Notes: generated from the sequence alone by a model not told the origin. Positions 17,797 through 27,789 are shown, counted from the first letter of the stretch. The stretch: DNA of 64,000 nucleotides from an uncultured Planctomycetales bacterium (GCA_964542785.1 CAZIUK010000001.1:5115-69114), one strand, 5' to 3'. Made by a program: numbers and translations.

Positions 17797-20133
17797 ATGA
17801 GTTATAAATTCATTGATAATAATGGAAGCTTTATTTGGGATGGGGCGGATAAGATAAGAACACTGTATCTTCCTCTTTGTAATGAGAGGGTAATGTCTTC
17901 TATAACCCCTGATTTACGCGGCGATATAAAGTCAGGGCAAGATTCTTTTCTTTTGCCTCCTGTTTCGCGTATTGACCTTATCAATTCAAGGTTTTCTCGT
18001 AATTTTTGGGTCTATTTTGATAAGGGCAAGATTTGGTCTGCAACAGGAGTTTCGAAAGATATAAAAACTATTAAAGAGGATAAATCTATACTTCAGGCAG
18101 GACTACTTTGGCAAAAAGTTACAAGAGAAAATAAGAGGCTGGGAGTAAGAAGCATAATACTCTCATTTGTTCCTTCAACAGGAGAGCCCCTTGAGATAAT
18201 GCAGGTAACCCTTGCCAATATCTCCTCTAAGAAAATAAGCATTATTCCTACTGCGGCTATTCCTATTTACGCAAGGGGCGCAAATAATATACGCAACCAC
18301 AGGCACGTTACCTCTTTGTTGCAACGTATAAAGCTTGATAAGTTTGGAGTTATTTTAAAGCCAACTCTTTCATTTGATGAGTCAGGCCATATTCCTAATA
18401 AAAATTATTATTTTGTATTAGGATGGGATGAATGCGGTTGTCCCCCCCAGCATATCTATCCTACGCAAGATATCTTTTGCAAAGATTCAGGAGACTTAGA
18501 AGCTCCGGAGAGTATTTTAGAGAATAAGTTGCCACAAAATACTAATATTCAAGGTAAAGAACCCATGGGGGCTTTGCGTTTTCAACAAAAGCATTTAAAG
18601 CCTAATGAGGAGGTATCTTATATTGTAGTAATGGGGATTACCAAGGATTATAAGGATATTGCAAAGGCTATCAGTAATTTTAAGAGTCTTAAAAAAGTTG
18701 AATTATCTTTAGAAAAAACAAAGTTATATTGGCAAAAGAAAGCAGGTGTAGTAAAACTTTCTAACAATGATAAGAAATTTGATAGTTGGCTTAAGTGGAT
18801 CAATATACAGCCTTTTCTAAGAAAAATATACGGTTGCTCTTTTTTGCCGGATTTTGATTACGGTAAAGGTGGGAGGGGTTGGCGTGATTTATGGCAGGAT
18901 TGTTTAGGTTTAGTCTTAAGCGGTTCTAGAGAGGTACGCAGTATCCTAATAAATAATTTTTCCGGGGTTAGGCTTGATGGGTCTAATGCTACTATTATTG
19001 GTAAAAACCCGGGTGAATTTATCGCTGACCGTAATGATATATCCAGGGTTTGGATGGACCATGGGGTATGGCCTTTATTGACAACTGAGTTTTATATTGA
19101 GGAGTCTAATGATTTAAAAGTTTTACTTGAGAAGAGTGGGTATTTTAGCGACCAGCATATATTCCGTTCACGCAAGATAAACCGCGCTTGGAAAGAGTGT
19201 AAGTATAAAGGAACTATTTTAGAACATCTTATACTACAAAACCTTACTCAGTTTTATAATGTAGGGGAGCATAATTATATTCGCCTTGAAGGAGCAGATT
19301 GGAATGATGGATTAGATATGGCGTATGAATACGGAGAGAGTGTAGCCTTTAGTTGTATGTATGCAAGCAACCTTAAAAAATTAGCCGGGCTTTTAAGAAG
19401 ATTAGGTAAAGAGAAAATAGCTCTTTTTGCCGAGATGAAGATACTTTTTAAAAGATGCAATTATGGTAGTATAAAAGCTAAGCAAAAGATACTCAATGAT
19501 TATTTTATAAGAGTATCAAATGGACTTAGCGGTAAAGTTATAAGCATAGATTGCGCTGCTCTAATTAAATCCTTAGAGGAAAAAGCTGATTGGATGATTA
19601 AAGATATAAGAAGGAGAGCTTGGCTAAGAGAGGGTTTCTTTAACGGCTATTATGATAACAAAAAAGCACGCGTTGAGGGGAAGGTTAAGGGTAAAGTAAG
19701 GATGATGCTACAAACGCAGGCCTTTGCAATATTATCAGGGGTAGCAATGGACGGACAGGTAAGAAAGATGATCATAAATGTAGAAAAATATCTTTTTGAT
19801 AAAAAGATTGGTGGGTATCGTTTAAATACTGATTTTGATAGAGAAGAACATAATTTAGGCCGTGCGTTTTCATTCTCCTATGGGGATAAAGAGAACGGAG
19901 CAGTTTTTTCTCATATGGTAGTAATTTACGCTTACGCGCTTTTTTTAAGAGGCTTTAAAAAAGAAGCTTTAAAGGCGCTATACTCTCTTTATAATTTAAG
20001 CGTAGATACTAAAAAGAGTAAAATTTATCCCTGCCTGCCGGAATATTTTAATTCAGAGGGGCGCGGGATGTATTCTTATCTTACCGGATCAGCCAGCTGG
20101 TTTTTACTTACCGTTTATAAATACCTTCTTTAA
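17797..20133 (+). CDS. Stand-alone GH94-family glycoside phosphorylase-like protein (778 aa)
   Basis: Catalytic hallmark ...EGADWNDGLDM... (nt ~19290-19320). The N-terminal beta-sandwich region resembles the GH94 domain of the upstream Cgs-like protein. It lies 13 nt downstream of the PilZ gene. Confidence 0.65.
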   Translation: MSYKFIDNNGSFIWDGADKIRTLYLPLCNERVMSSITPDLRGDIKSGQDSFLLPPVSRIDLINSRFSRNFWVYFDKGKIWSATGVSKDIKTIKEDKSILQAGLLWQKVTRENKRLGVRSIILSFVPSTGEPLEIMQVTLANISSKKISIIPTAAIPIYARGANNIRNHRHVTSLLQRIKLDKFGVILKPTLSFDESGHIPNKNYYFVLGWDECGCPPQHIYPTQDIFCKDSGDLEAPESILENKLPQNTNIQGKEPMGALRFQQKHLKPNEEVSYIVVMGITKDYKDIAKAISNFKSLKKVELSLEKTKLYWQKKAGVVKLSNNDKKFDSWLKWINIQPFLRKIYGCSFLPDFDYGKGGRGWRDLWQDCLGLVLSGSREVRSILINNFSGVRLDGSNATIIGKNPGEFIADRNDISRVWMDHGVWPLLTTEFYIEESNDLKVLLEKSGYFSDQHIFRSRKINRAWKECKYKGTILEHLILQNLTQFYNVGEHNYIRLEGADWNDGLDMAYEYGESVAFSCMYASNLKKLAGLLRRLGKEKIALFAEMKILFKRCNYGSIKAKQKILNDYFIRVSNGLSGKVISIDCAALIKSLEEKADWMIKDIRRRAWLREGFFNGYYDNKKARVEGKVKGKVRMMLQTQAFAILSGVAMDGQVRKMIINVEKYLFDKKIGGYRLNTDFDREEHNLGRAFSFSYGDKENGAVFSHMVVIYAYALFLRGFKKEALKALYSLYNLSVDTKKSKIYPCLPEYFNSEGRGMYSYLTGSASWFLLTVYKYLL

Positions 20134-20163
20134 TCCCTTTAATTAAAAACAGAGTTTATTTTA

Positions 20164-20192
20164 TTTACCAAAAGAGATTTTTTTGTTATAAT
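20164..20192 (+). promoter_or_regulatory. Promoter candidate for the pur operon: TTTACC-17 nt-TGtTATAAT (extended -10)
   Basis: Read directly upstream of purB. Confidence 0.35.
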
Positions 20193-20224
20193 AAGGTTTC
20201 TTGAAAAAATATTTTGGAGGTCTT

Positions 20225-21517
20225 ATGATTGAGCGCTATTCCCTACCTAAGATGCTTAAGATATGGCAGGAGGAGTTTAAGTTTAAGACTATGCTTGCCA
20301 TAGAAATACTCGCCTTAGAGTCATTAGCCAAACAAAAGAAGGTTCCTTTGAAAGCAGTTAAAAGGATTAAAGAGAAAGCCAAATTCAATATACCTCAGAT
20401 TAAGAAGATTGAAGAAAAGACGCAGCATGATGTAGTAGCCTTTGTTAATAATGTTGCCCAATATATAGGAAGTGACGCTAAATACCTACATCTTGGTCTA
20501 ACTTCATCCGACATTTTAGATACAACCCTTGGCGTACAGTTAAAGGCAGCTTCGGATATCTTAATTGATGACACAAAGAAGCTTTTAAGGGTTTTAGCCA
20601 AGAAAGCTAAAATATACAAAGATACTGTTTGTATAGGGCGTACTCATGGAGTCCACGCAGAGCCGACTACCTTCGGATTGAAGTTAGCGCTTTTGTATGA
20701 TGAGATGCAGCGTAATTTAGAGCGCCTTAAGTTAGCAAAAGAAGAGGTATCCATCGGTAAAATATCTGGAGCCGTAGGGACATTTGCTAATATTGGCCCG
20801 GAAGTAGAAAACTATGTATGTAAGAAATTAAAGCTTAAACCGGCAAAAATATCTACCCAGGTAATTCAGCGGGATGTTTATGCAGTTTTTATGACGAGCT
20901 TAGCAATCATAGGCTCTAGTTTGGAGAGGTTTGCTACCGAGATAAGGCATTTTCAGCGCACAGAGGTATTAGAGGTAGAAGAACCTTTTAGTAAGGGGCA
21001 GAAGGGCTCTTCAGCCATGCCACATAAACGCAATCCGATTATCTGTGAACGTATTTGTGGCTTAGCGCGCCTTTTAAGAGGAAATGCTTTAGCTTCAATG
21101 GAGAATATTTCTCTTTGGCATGAGCGTGATATTTCACATTCTTCGGTTGAAAGGATAATTGTCCCAGATTCAACTTTAGTATTAGATTATATGTTGAATA
21201 AATTTATCCAGGTTCTTGAAGATATGGTTATCTATCCTGAGAATATGATGGCGAATTTAATTAAGACAAAGGGCTTGATATTTTCGCAAAGAGTGCTTTT
21301 AGAGCTTATGAAGTCAGGGTTATCTAGGGTTAAGGCTTATGATATTGTCCAGAGTGCAGCGATGCGTACTTGGAGGGATAGAATAAATTTTAAGGATAGC
21401 CTCCTTTTAGAGAAAGACTTATTAAAACATTTAAGCGGAAAAGATTTAGATAAGATTTTTGATTTAAACTATTATTTACGCCAAGTAGGCAAAATTTTTC
21501 ACAGGGTTGGGTTATAG
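20225..21517 (+). CDS. purB: Adenylosuccinate lyase. The start is likely the ATG at 20225 (MIERYS..., SD GGAGG at 20216-20220); the ORF-track start at 20201 is probably too far upstream
   Basis: The N-terminus MIERYSLPKM... matches the B. subtilis-type PurB start; the fumarate-lyase signature ...GSSAMPHKRNP... is present. Confidence 0.9.
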   Translation: MIERYSLPKMLKIWQEEFKFKTMLAIEILALESLAKQKKVPLKAVKRIKEKAKFNIPQIKKIEEKTQHDVVAFVNNVAQYIGSDAKYLHLGLTSSDILDTTLGVQLKAASDILIDDTKKLLRVLAKKAKIYKDTVCIGRTHGVHAEPTTFGLKLALLYDEMQRNLERLKLAKEEVSIGKISGAVGTFANIGPEVENYVCKKLKLKPAKISTQVIQRDVYAVFMTSLAIIGSSLERFATEIRHFQRTEVLEVEEPFSKGQKGSSAMPHKRNPIICERICGLARLLRGNALASMENISLWHERDISHSSVERIIVPDSTLVLDYMLNKFIQVLEDMVIYPENMMANLIKTKGLIFSQRVLLELMKSGLSRVKAYDIVQSAAMRTWRDRINFKDSLLLEKDLLKHLSGKDLDKIFDLNYYLRQVGKIFHRVGL

Positions 21518-21598
21518 TTTTTTGCCCCTGCCAAACTTTTATAAATCATTTTGATTAGGTAAGTTATTTGCCTTTTATTTTATGCGGAGGGAGTTTTA

Positions 21599-23809
21599 AT
21601 GTCTATGGATATAGCTGTGACTAATGAGATAGTTAAAAAAGAAGGCCTGACCTTAAAAGAGTACCAGATGATTAAGAAGTGCTTAAAGCGTAAGCCAAAC
21701 TATATTGAGCTTGGCCTCTTCTCTGCGATGTGGAGCGAGCACTGTTCTTATAAAAACTCAAAGCTTGTACTTAAATTATTTCCGACTAAAGGAAAGCAGG
21801 TTGTGCAAGGCCCGGGAGAGAACGCAGGGATAGTGGATATCGGTAATGGGATGGGGGTAGCCTTTAAGATAGAGTCGCATAATCATCCTTCAGCAGTTGA
21901 GCCCTATAAAGCAGCTGCTACAGGAGGAGGGGGATGTATGCGTGATATCTTTACTATGAACGCCAGGCCGATAGCACTCCTTGGCTCTTTGCGCTTAGGG
22001 AGTTTACAGAAGAAGAGAGTTAAGTTTCTTTTTAAGAATATAGTTAAAGGCTTTACAGATTACGCTAATGTTACAGGTATCCCGGTAGTAGGAGGCGAGA
22101 TTTATTTTGATGAATCTTTTGAAGGCAATCCCTTAGTTAATGCTATGGCAGTAGGCGTGTTAAAAATTAAGGATATAGTCAAGGCCCGGGCAACAGGCGT
22201 AGGTAATCTTGTGCTTATTTTAGGCGGAGCAACCGGAAGAGACGGAGTCGCTGGAGCTGCTTTTGCTTCTAAGGCTATAGATAAAGAATCTAAGGGTAAA
22301 AGTTCTGCTGTTGCTTTAGGGGACCCAAGGATGGGGCGCATCTTAAGAGAAGCGTGCCTTGAGCTTATGCTTAAAGATTTAGTTTTAGGGATGCAGGATA
22401 TGGGAGCTGCTGGGCTTATATGCTCTATAGCCGAGACCTCTTATAATGCTAATACCGGGATAGAGATTGATATCTCCTTAGTCCCCAGGAAGGAAAAGGG
22501 GATGAATGCTTATGAGGTTATGCTTTCTGAATCTCAGGAGAGGATGCTTGCGATTGTAAATAAGGGGAAGCTTAAGGCAGTTAAAAAGATTCTCGCTAAA
22601 TGGAAGGTCCCTGCTGATATTATTGGACGGGTAACTGATGACGGCATGGTGCGTATTAAGGAGAGCGGGACGACCGTAGCAGAAGTTCCAGCGAAAGCTT
22701 TAGTTGAGGCACCGGTCTATAAGCGGAAGACTTCTTACCCTAAATATTTAAATAAGGTAAATAAATTAGACTTAAAGAAGATAAAGGAGCCTAAGAGTTT
22801 AAATGCTGTACTTATAAAGTTACTAAAGAACCCTACATTGGCTGGTAAGGGGTGGGTTTTTAAGCATTCTGATGTAAGGCTTGCCAAAGATATTATTGTT
22901 CCTTGCGGGTCTGATGCAGGGGCGATTTTAGTCCCAAAAACTAAGAAGGCAGTTGCTGTGGTTGCTGATTGTAATTCTACCTATTGTTATTTAGACCCAT
23001 TTAATGGAGGGGTAATAGCAGTAGCTGAAGCAGCAAGGAATATTGTTTGTTGCGGAGGCAAGCCCTTAGCAATTACTGATGGGATAAATTTTGGTAATCC
23101 GGAAAATCCGCAAGTATATTGGCAGTTTAAGCAGGCAGTTTTAGGTGTGTCTAAGGCCTCTCGTGCGCTAAATACTCCAGTAGTAAGCGGAAATGTAAGT
23201 TTTAACAACGAGAATCCTAAGGGTTCGGTTGATCCGACTGTAATTGTGGGTATGGTAGGAGTTTTAAAAGATAAAAATAAAGCAATGACGCAGTTTTTTA
23301 AAAGGTCCGGAGATTTAGTATTCTTGCTTGGTATAAATAGGGAAGAACTAGGTGGAAGCGAATACTTAAAAACAATTCATAAATTAAAAAGAGGTAAGCC
23401 TCCTTTAATTGACTTAAATTTAGAAAAGAGAGTTCAAAAGACTACCCTTGAGGTAATTGAAAAAGGATTAGTTAGGTCAGTGCACGACTTATCAGAGGGT
23501 GGTTTAGCAATTGCCTTGGCAGAGTGTTGTATTGCTAATCCTAAAAAGAAGATTGGCGCAGTTATTAATCTAGGGGCAGGGAAAATCCGTAAAGATGCGC
23601 TTTTATTCGGCGAGTCACAGTCACGAGTTATTTTAAGCGCAAAAAAGAGTAACGCAAAAAATATATTTCGGATTGCGCGTAAGAATAAAACCCCGGTGTC
23701 TGTTATCGGCAAAACCGGAGGGGATAGCTTGATAATAGAAGGGTTGATTAACCAACCCTTAACCGTGCTTTATAAAAGTTGGAACAATGCATTAGAAGAT
23801 TGTCTTTAA
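21599..23809 (+). CDS. purL: Phosphoribosylformylglycinamidine synthase subunit PurL (small-PurL/FGAM synthase II type)
   Basis: ...LFSAMWSEHCSYKNSK... and duplicated PurM-like domains; 736 aa. Confidence 0.9.
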   Translation: MSMDIAVTNEIVKKEGLTLKEYQMIKKCLKRKPNYIELGLFSAMWSEHCSYKNSKLVLKLFPTKGKQVVQGPGENAGIVDIGNGMGVAFKIESHNHPSAVEPYKAAATGGGGCMRDIFTMNARPIALLGSLRLGSLQKKRVKFLFKNIVKGFTDYANVTGIPVVGGEIYFDESFEGNPLVNAMAVGVLKIKDIVKARATGVGNLVLILGGATGRDGVAGAAFASKAIDKESKGKSSAVALGDPRMGRILREACLELMLKDLVLGMQDMGAAGLICSIAETSYNANTGIEIDISLVPRKEKGMNAYEVMLSESQERMLAIVNKGKLKAVKKILAKWKVPADIIGRVTDDGMVRIKESGTTVAEVPAKALVEAPVYKRKTSYPKYLNKVNKLDLKKIKEPKSLNAVLIKLLKNPTLAGKGWVFKHSDVRLAKDIIVPCGSDAGAILVPKTKKAVAVVADCNSTYCYLDPFNGGVIAVAEAARNIVCCGGKPLAITDGINFGNPENPQVYWQFKQAVLGVSKASRALNTPVVSGNVSFNNENPKGSVDPTVIVGMVGVLKDKNKAMTQFFKRSGDLVFLLGINREELGGSEYLKTIHKLKRGKPPLIDLNLEKRVQKTTLEVIEKGLVRSVHDLSEGGLAIALAECCIANPKKKIGAVINLGAGKIRKDALLFGESQSRVILSAKKSNAKNIFRIARKNKTPVSVIGKTGGDSLIIEGLINQPLTVLYKSWNNALEDCL

Positions 23810-23828
23810 GAAAGGAGCTTTAAGGCGC

Positions 23829-24479
23829 ATGGGAAGAAAAATCTTAGGCAATATTTTTCTCTCTGAAGACCCTTGGAGGATATTTAGAATTATCTCCGAG
23901 TTTGTGGACGGTTTTGAGGTTCTCTCCAAGATAGGTAAGGCGGTTTCTATATTTGGCTCAAGCCGTACGCCTGAGGAGAAAAAATTCTATAAAGATACTG
24001 AAGAGATAGCATACCTATTGGCTAAGAAGGGTTATGCTATTATGACAGGTGGTGGTTCTGGAATAATGGAGGCGGCTAATAAAGGGGCTAAGGCTGCAAG
24101 GGGCAAGTCTGTGGGTTTAAATATCCAGATACCCTGTGAACAGAAGATGAATAATTATGTAGATATTTCTTTGGATTTTCACTACTTTTTTACAAGAAAG
24201 GTAATGTTTGTAAAATACGCTAAGGCATTTGTGATTATGCCTGGAGGCTATGGCACGTTAGATGAGCTCTTTGAGGCCTTGACTTTAATCCAGACTAAAA
24301 GGATTCCTAAGTTCCCGGTTATATTATTTGGCAGCTATTACTGGGAGGGTTTGTTGGATTGGATAAAGAATGTTGCCTTAAAACAGGGGACTATAGAAAA
24401 GAAAGATTTAGATATCTTCTCGTTGGCAGATACGCCTAAAGAGGCAGTAGGTATAATTGATAGGTTCTATAAGGGATAA
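23829..24479 (+). CDS. LOG-family (TIGR00730) nucleotide 5'-monophosphate phosphoribohydrolase
   Basis: GGGSGIMEA...PGGYGTLDELFE (the PGGxGTxxE motif). Confidence 0.75.
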   Translation: MGRKILGNIFLSEDPWRIFRIISEFVDGFEVLSKIGKAVSIFGSSRTPEEKKFYKDTEEIAYLLAKKGYAIMTGGGSGIMEAANKGAKAARGKSVGLNIQIPCEQKMNNYVDISLDFHYFFTRKVMFVKYAKAFVIMPGGYGTLDELFEALTLIQTKRIPKFPVILFGSYYWEGLLDWIKNVALKQGTIEKKDLDIFSLADTPKEAVGIIDRFYKG

Positions 24480-24495
24480 ATATGGAGGTTAATAG

Positions 24496-25890
24496 ATGAG
24501 TGGTATTTTTGGGGTAGTATCAAAGAAGAGTTGTAATGAAGATTTATTTTATGGGACGGATTATCATTCACATTTAGGTACGCAATTTGCAGGGCTGGCT
24601 CTCTTTGGGGAAGGATTACAGAGAAAGATTCATGATATACGCGGTAGTCAATTTAAGGCCAAGTTTTATAGTGTTTATAAAGGCATGCAAGGGAATATGG
24701 GTATAGGTGTAATCAGTGCAAGGGACGAGCAGCCAGTGGTTATTAATTCAAAACTCGGACCTTTTGCTATAGTTACAAATGGTTTTATTGATAATGCAAA
24801 TAAGCTATCCAAAGATTTGTTTAAGAGCGGTAAATCTTTTAGTGAGGTGACTAATGGAAAGGTAAATTTTACCGAGTTGGTAGCTAAGATGATTATAGCA
24901 GGTAGGGATATTACTGAAGGGATTCAGAGGATGTCGGATAGGATTAAAGGTTCCTGCTCTTTACTTCTTCTTAATAAAGAGGGGATCTACGCTGCTAGGG
25001 ATAGATTAGGGATTACCCCTTTAATTATAGGAAGGCGTAAGAAGAATTGGGCAGTAACCACTGAGAGTGCAGCCTTTTTAAATTTAGGGTATAAGGTTGT
25101 GAAATACCTTCAACCTGGAGAGATAGTTTTATTGACTAAGTCAGGGCTTAAGACAAAGCGTAAAGGTTTAAAGACTAATAGGATATGTTCTTATCTTTGG
25201 ATTTATACCGGGTTTCCTGCCTCTTATTATGATGATATAAATGTAGAATCTACAAGGGAGCGGTGTGGAGAGTGTCTGGCTATGCGCGATAAGGTTCAAG
25301 CAGATATGGTATCTGGGATTCCGGATTCAGGGACTGCGCATGCAATAGGATACAGCATGAAGTCAGGGATACCCTTCCGCAGGCCCTTAGTTAAATATAC
25401 TCCTGGCTTTGACCGGAGTTACACTCCTCCTTTACAGGAGAAGCGCGATTTGATTGCGAAGATGAAGTTAATTCCTATTCCCGCGATAATAAAAGGGAAG
25501 CGTATTATCTTTTGTGACGATTCTATTGTAAGGGGGACACAGCTAAAAAACTACACTATTCATAAATTACGTCGGCACGGAGCAAAGGAGATTCATTTGA
25601 GAATAGCCTGCCCTCCGCTCCTTTTTCCTTGTAAATACAATTACTCAACTCGTTCAATCCAAGAGCTTTCTGCACGCAAGGCGATAAGGGCGCTTAATGG
25701 AAAAGATATAAAAGATATAAAGAGGTATATAGATGAAGATAGTAGGGAATATAAAGAGATGGTAAATTGGATCCGTAAGGATTTAGGTGCAACATCATTA
25801 ATCTACCAGAGATTATCCGATATGATAAAGGCGATTGGTCTGCCTGAGGGTAAGTTATGCCTTTATTGCTGGACAGGGAGGCAGGCGTGA
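24496..25890 (+). CDS. purF: Amidophosphoribosyltransferase-like protein (PurF family) with Ser in place of the N-terminal Cys nucleophile
   Basis: MSGIFGV... (cf. MCGIVG); ...QGNMGIG...; PRTase motif ...IIFCDDSIVRGTQL...; ~464 aa. Confidence 0.8.
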   Translation: MSGIFGVVSKKSCNEDLFYGTDYHSHLGTQFAGLALFGEGLQRKIHDIRGSQFKAKFYSVYKGMQGNMGIGVISARDEQPVVINSKLGPFAIVTNGFIDNANKLSKDLFKSGKSFSEVTNGKVNFTELVAKMIIAGRDITEGIQRMSDRIKGSCSLLLLNKEGIYAARDRLGITPLIIGRRKKNWAVTTESAAFLNLGYKVVKYLQPGEIVLLTKSGLKTKRKGLKTNRICSYLWIYTGFPASYYDDINVESTRERCGECLAMRDKVQADMVSGIPDSGTAHAIGYSMKSGIPFRRPLVKYTPGFDRSYTPPLQEKRDLIAKMKLIPIPAIIKGKRIIFCDDSIVRGTQLKNYTIHKLRRHGAKEIHLRIACPPLLFPCKYNYSTRSIQELSARKAIRALNGKDIKDIKRYIDEDSREYKEMVNWIRKDLGATSLIYQRLSDMIKAIGLPEGKLCLYCWTGRQA

Positions 25891-26891
25891 AAAAGTTGAC
25901 CTATAAAAAATCCGGGGTTGATATTGCTGCTGCTACTCTTTTTAAAACTAAGATAAAGAATATAGCCAGAAGGTCTTTTTCTAAAGACGTGCTCGCTGGC
26001 ATTGGAGGGTTTGGAAGCCTTTTTAAGCTAAATAAGGATAGATACAAAGAGCCTATTTTAGTCTCTTCAAGCGATGGCGTAGGGACAAAGCTAAAGATAG
26101 CCGGGATAATAAATAAACACGATACTATAGGTATAGATGCGGTGGCGATGAATGTTAACGACATACTTTGTGTTGGCGCTGAGCCACTTTTCTTCTTAGA
26201 TTATATTGCTTATAGTAAGCTTAAGGAGCAGGTATTAATAGATATAGTTAAGGGAATAACTAAAGGATGCATTGAATCAGGGTCTTCTCTAATCGGTGGA
26301 GAGACAGCGCAGATGCCGGGGATGTACAAGCAAGGGGAGTATGATATCGCTGGTTTTTGTGTTGGCATTGTTGAAAAGAGCAGGATTATAGATGGCACGA
26401 GGATAAGGGCTGAAGATTTGATCATAGGGCTTGAATCTAACGGGTTACATTCTAATGGGTATTCTTTGGTAAGAAAGGCTTTAACGCAAAAAGAGGCAAG
26501 ACGCATGAGCAAGGAATTGCTTGCGCCGACAAGAATTTATGTAAAGCCGGTATTAGATTTATTGCGTTTAGGAGGTTTTAATATAACCGGTATAGCTAAT
26601 ATAACTGGGGGGGCTTTTTACGATAAGATTGCCCGTATCTTGCCTAAGAATGTAGATGCTAAAATAGATAAAAACTCTTGGGTTGTGCCGAAGATCTTCC
26701 GTTTAATTCAAAATAAAGGGAATATACCTGAAGAGGAGATGTATCATACATTAAATATGGGTATAGGTATGGTAATAGTTGCTTCTTGCAGGCAGGTAGG
26801 ACATATAATAAGTAGATTAAAAACTCATGGCTTAAAGAGTTGGGTTATCGGGGAGATTGCTAAGGGCAAAGGGTTAGTTAATATAATATAG
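25857..26891 (+). CDS. purM: Phosphoribosylformylglycinamidine cyclo-ligase (AIR synthetase)
   Basis: ...LTYKKSGVDI...; PurM N- and C-domains; 344 aa. Confidence 0.9.
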   Translation: MPLLLDREAGVKKLTYKKSGVDIAAATLFKTKIKNIARRSFSKDVLAGIGGFGSLFKLNKDRYKEPILVSSSDGVGTKLKIAGIINKHDTIGIDAVAMNVNDILCVGAEPLFFLDYIAYSKLKEQVLIDIVKGITKGCIESGSSLIGGETAQMPGMYKQGEYDIAGFCVGIVEKSRIIDGTRIRAEDLIIGLESNGLHSNGYSLVRKALTQKEARRMSKELLAPTRIYVKPVLDLLRLGGFNITGIANITGGAFYDKIARILPKNVDAKIDKNSWVVPKIFRLIQNKGNIPEEEMYHTLNMGIGMVIVASCRQVGHIISRLKTHGLKSWVIGEIAKGKGLVNII

Positions 26892-26922
26892 TCTCCCTTT
26901 TTGGGTAAAGAAGGAGGTATCT

Positions 26923-27789
26923 ATGCTTATGGGTATTATTGTTTTTATTATCACGTTTTTTCTTATGGGGATAAGGATTGTAAGGCCTACACATAGGGGT
27001 TTAATTGAAAGGCTGGGTAAGTATAATCGTTTTGCTGAACCGGGGTTTCATTGGATTATGCCGATTATTGAGAATATATACCAAGTTAATACAACAGAAC
27101 AGATGGTTGATGCCGAGCCACAAGAGATTATAACTAACGATAATTTAAATGCCCGGGTTGACGCGCAAGTTTATTTTAAGGTGAAATCAGATGAAGCAAA
27201 TGTTAAAGCATCGCAGTACAATGTTAATAATTACCAATGGCAGATAGTCAACTTAGCGCGTACTACGTTAAGGAATATAATTGGCACCCTTACTTTAAAG
27301 TCAGCGAATAGCGAGAGGGGTAAGATAAACGCCGAGCTGCATAAGACTTTATGTGATGAGACTATAAGTTGGGGCTTGGAGATAGTAAGGACAGAGTTAA
27401 AAGAGATAGCCCCTCCTAAGGATGTCCAAGAGACGATGAATAAGGTCGTTAAGGCTGAAAATGAAAAGATCTCCGCGATAGACTTTGCTACTGCAACCGA
27501 AACAGCTGCCGATGGGCAGAAGAGAGCGGAGATTAAAAAAGCCGAAGGCATTAAACAGGCCAGAATCTTAAAAGCAGAAGGAGAGGCAGAGGCGATAAAG
27601 TTGGTTAATGAAGCTGCAGAAAAGTATTTTATCGGCAATGCCCAGATTTTAAGAAGGCTTGAGGCAGCAGAGAAGTCTTTAGCGAATAATGCTAAGGTAG
27701 TTATTCCTTCTAATACGGAGTTAGTAAACGTAATCGGGGAGTTGGCAGGGGTTTTACCTTTAAGGAAAGAAGAGAAGAAAGATAAGTAG
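26923..27789 (+). CDS. SPFH/band-7 (stomatin/prohibitin-like) membrane protein
   Basis: N-terminal TM segment, SPFH core, and a coiled-coil Ala/Glu-rich C-terminus. Confidence 0.75.
   Translation: MLMGIIVFIITFFLMGIRIVRPTHRGLIERLGKYNRFAEPGFHWIMPIIENIYQVNTTEQMVDAEPQEIITNDNLNARVDAQVYFKVKSDEANVKASQYNVNNYQWQIVNLARTTLRNIIGTLTLKSANSERGKINAELHKTLCDETISWGLEIVRTELKEIAPPKDVQETMNKVVKAENEKISAIDFATATETAADGQKRAEIKKAEGIKQARILKAEGEAEAIKLVNEAAEKYFIGNAQILRRLEAAEKSLANNAKVVIPSNTELVNVIGELAGVLPLRKEEKKDK

Noticed and set aside
18442-26613. C7 (18442-18448, in the GH94 gene) and G7 (26607-26613, in purM) homopolymers as phase-variation sites
   Set aside because: They lie mid-gene in housekeeping or metabolic genes in the correct frame, so they are probably incidental. 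They serve as a caution against over-interpreting the waaA G8 tract.
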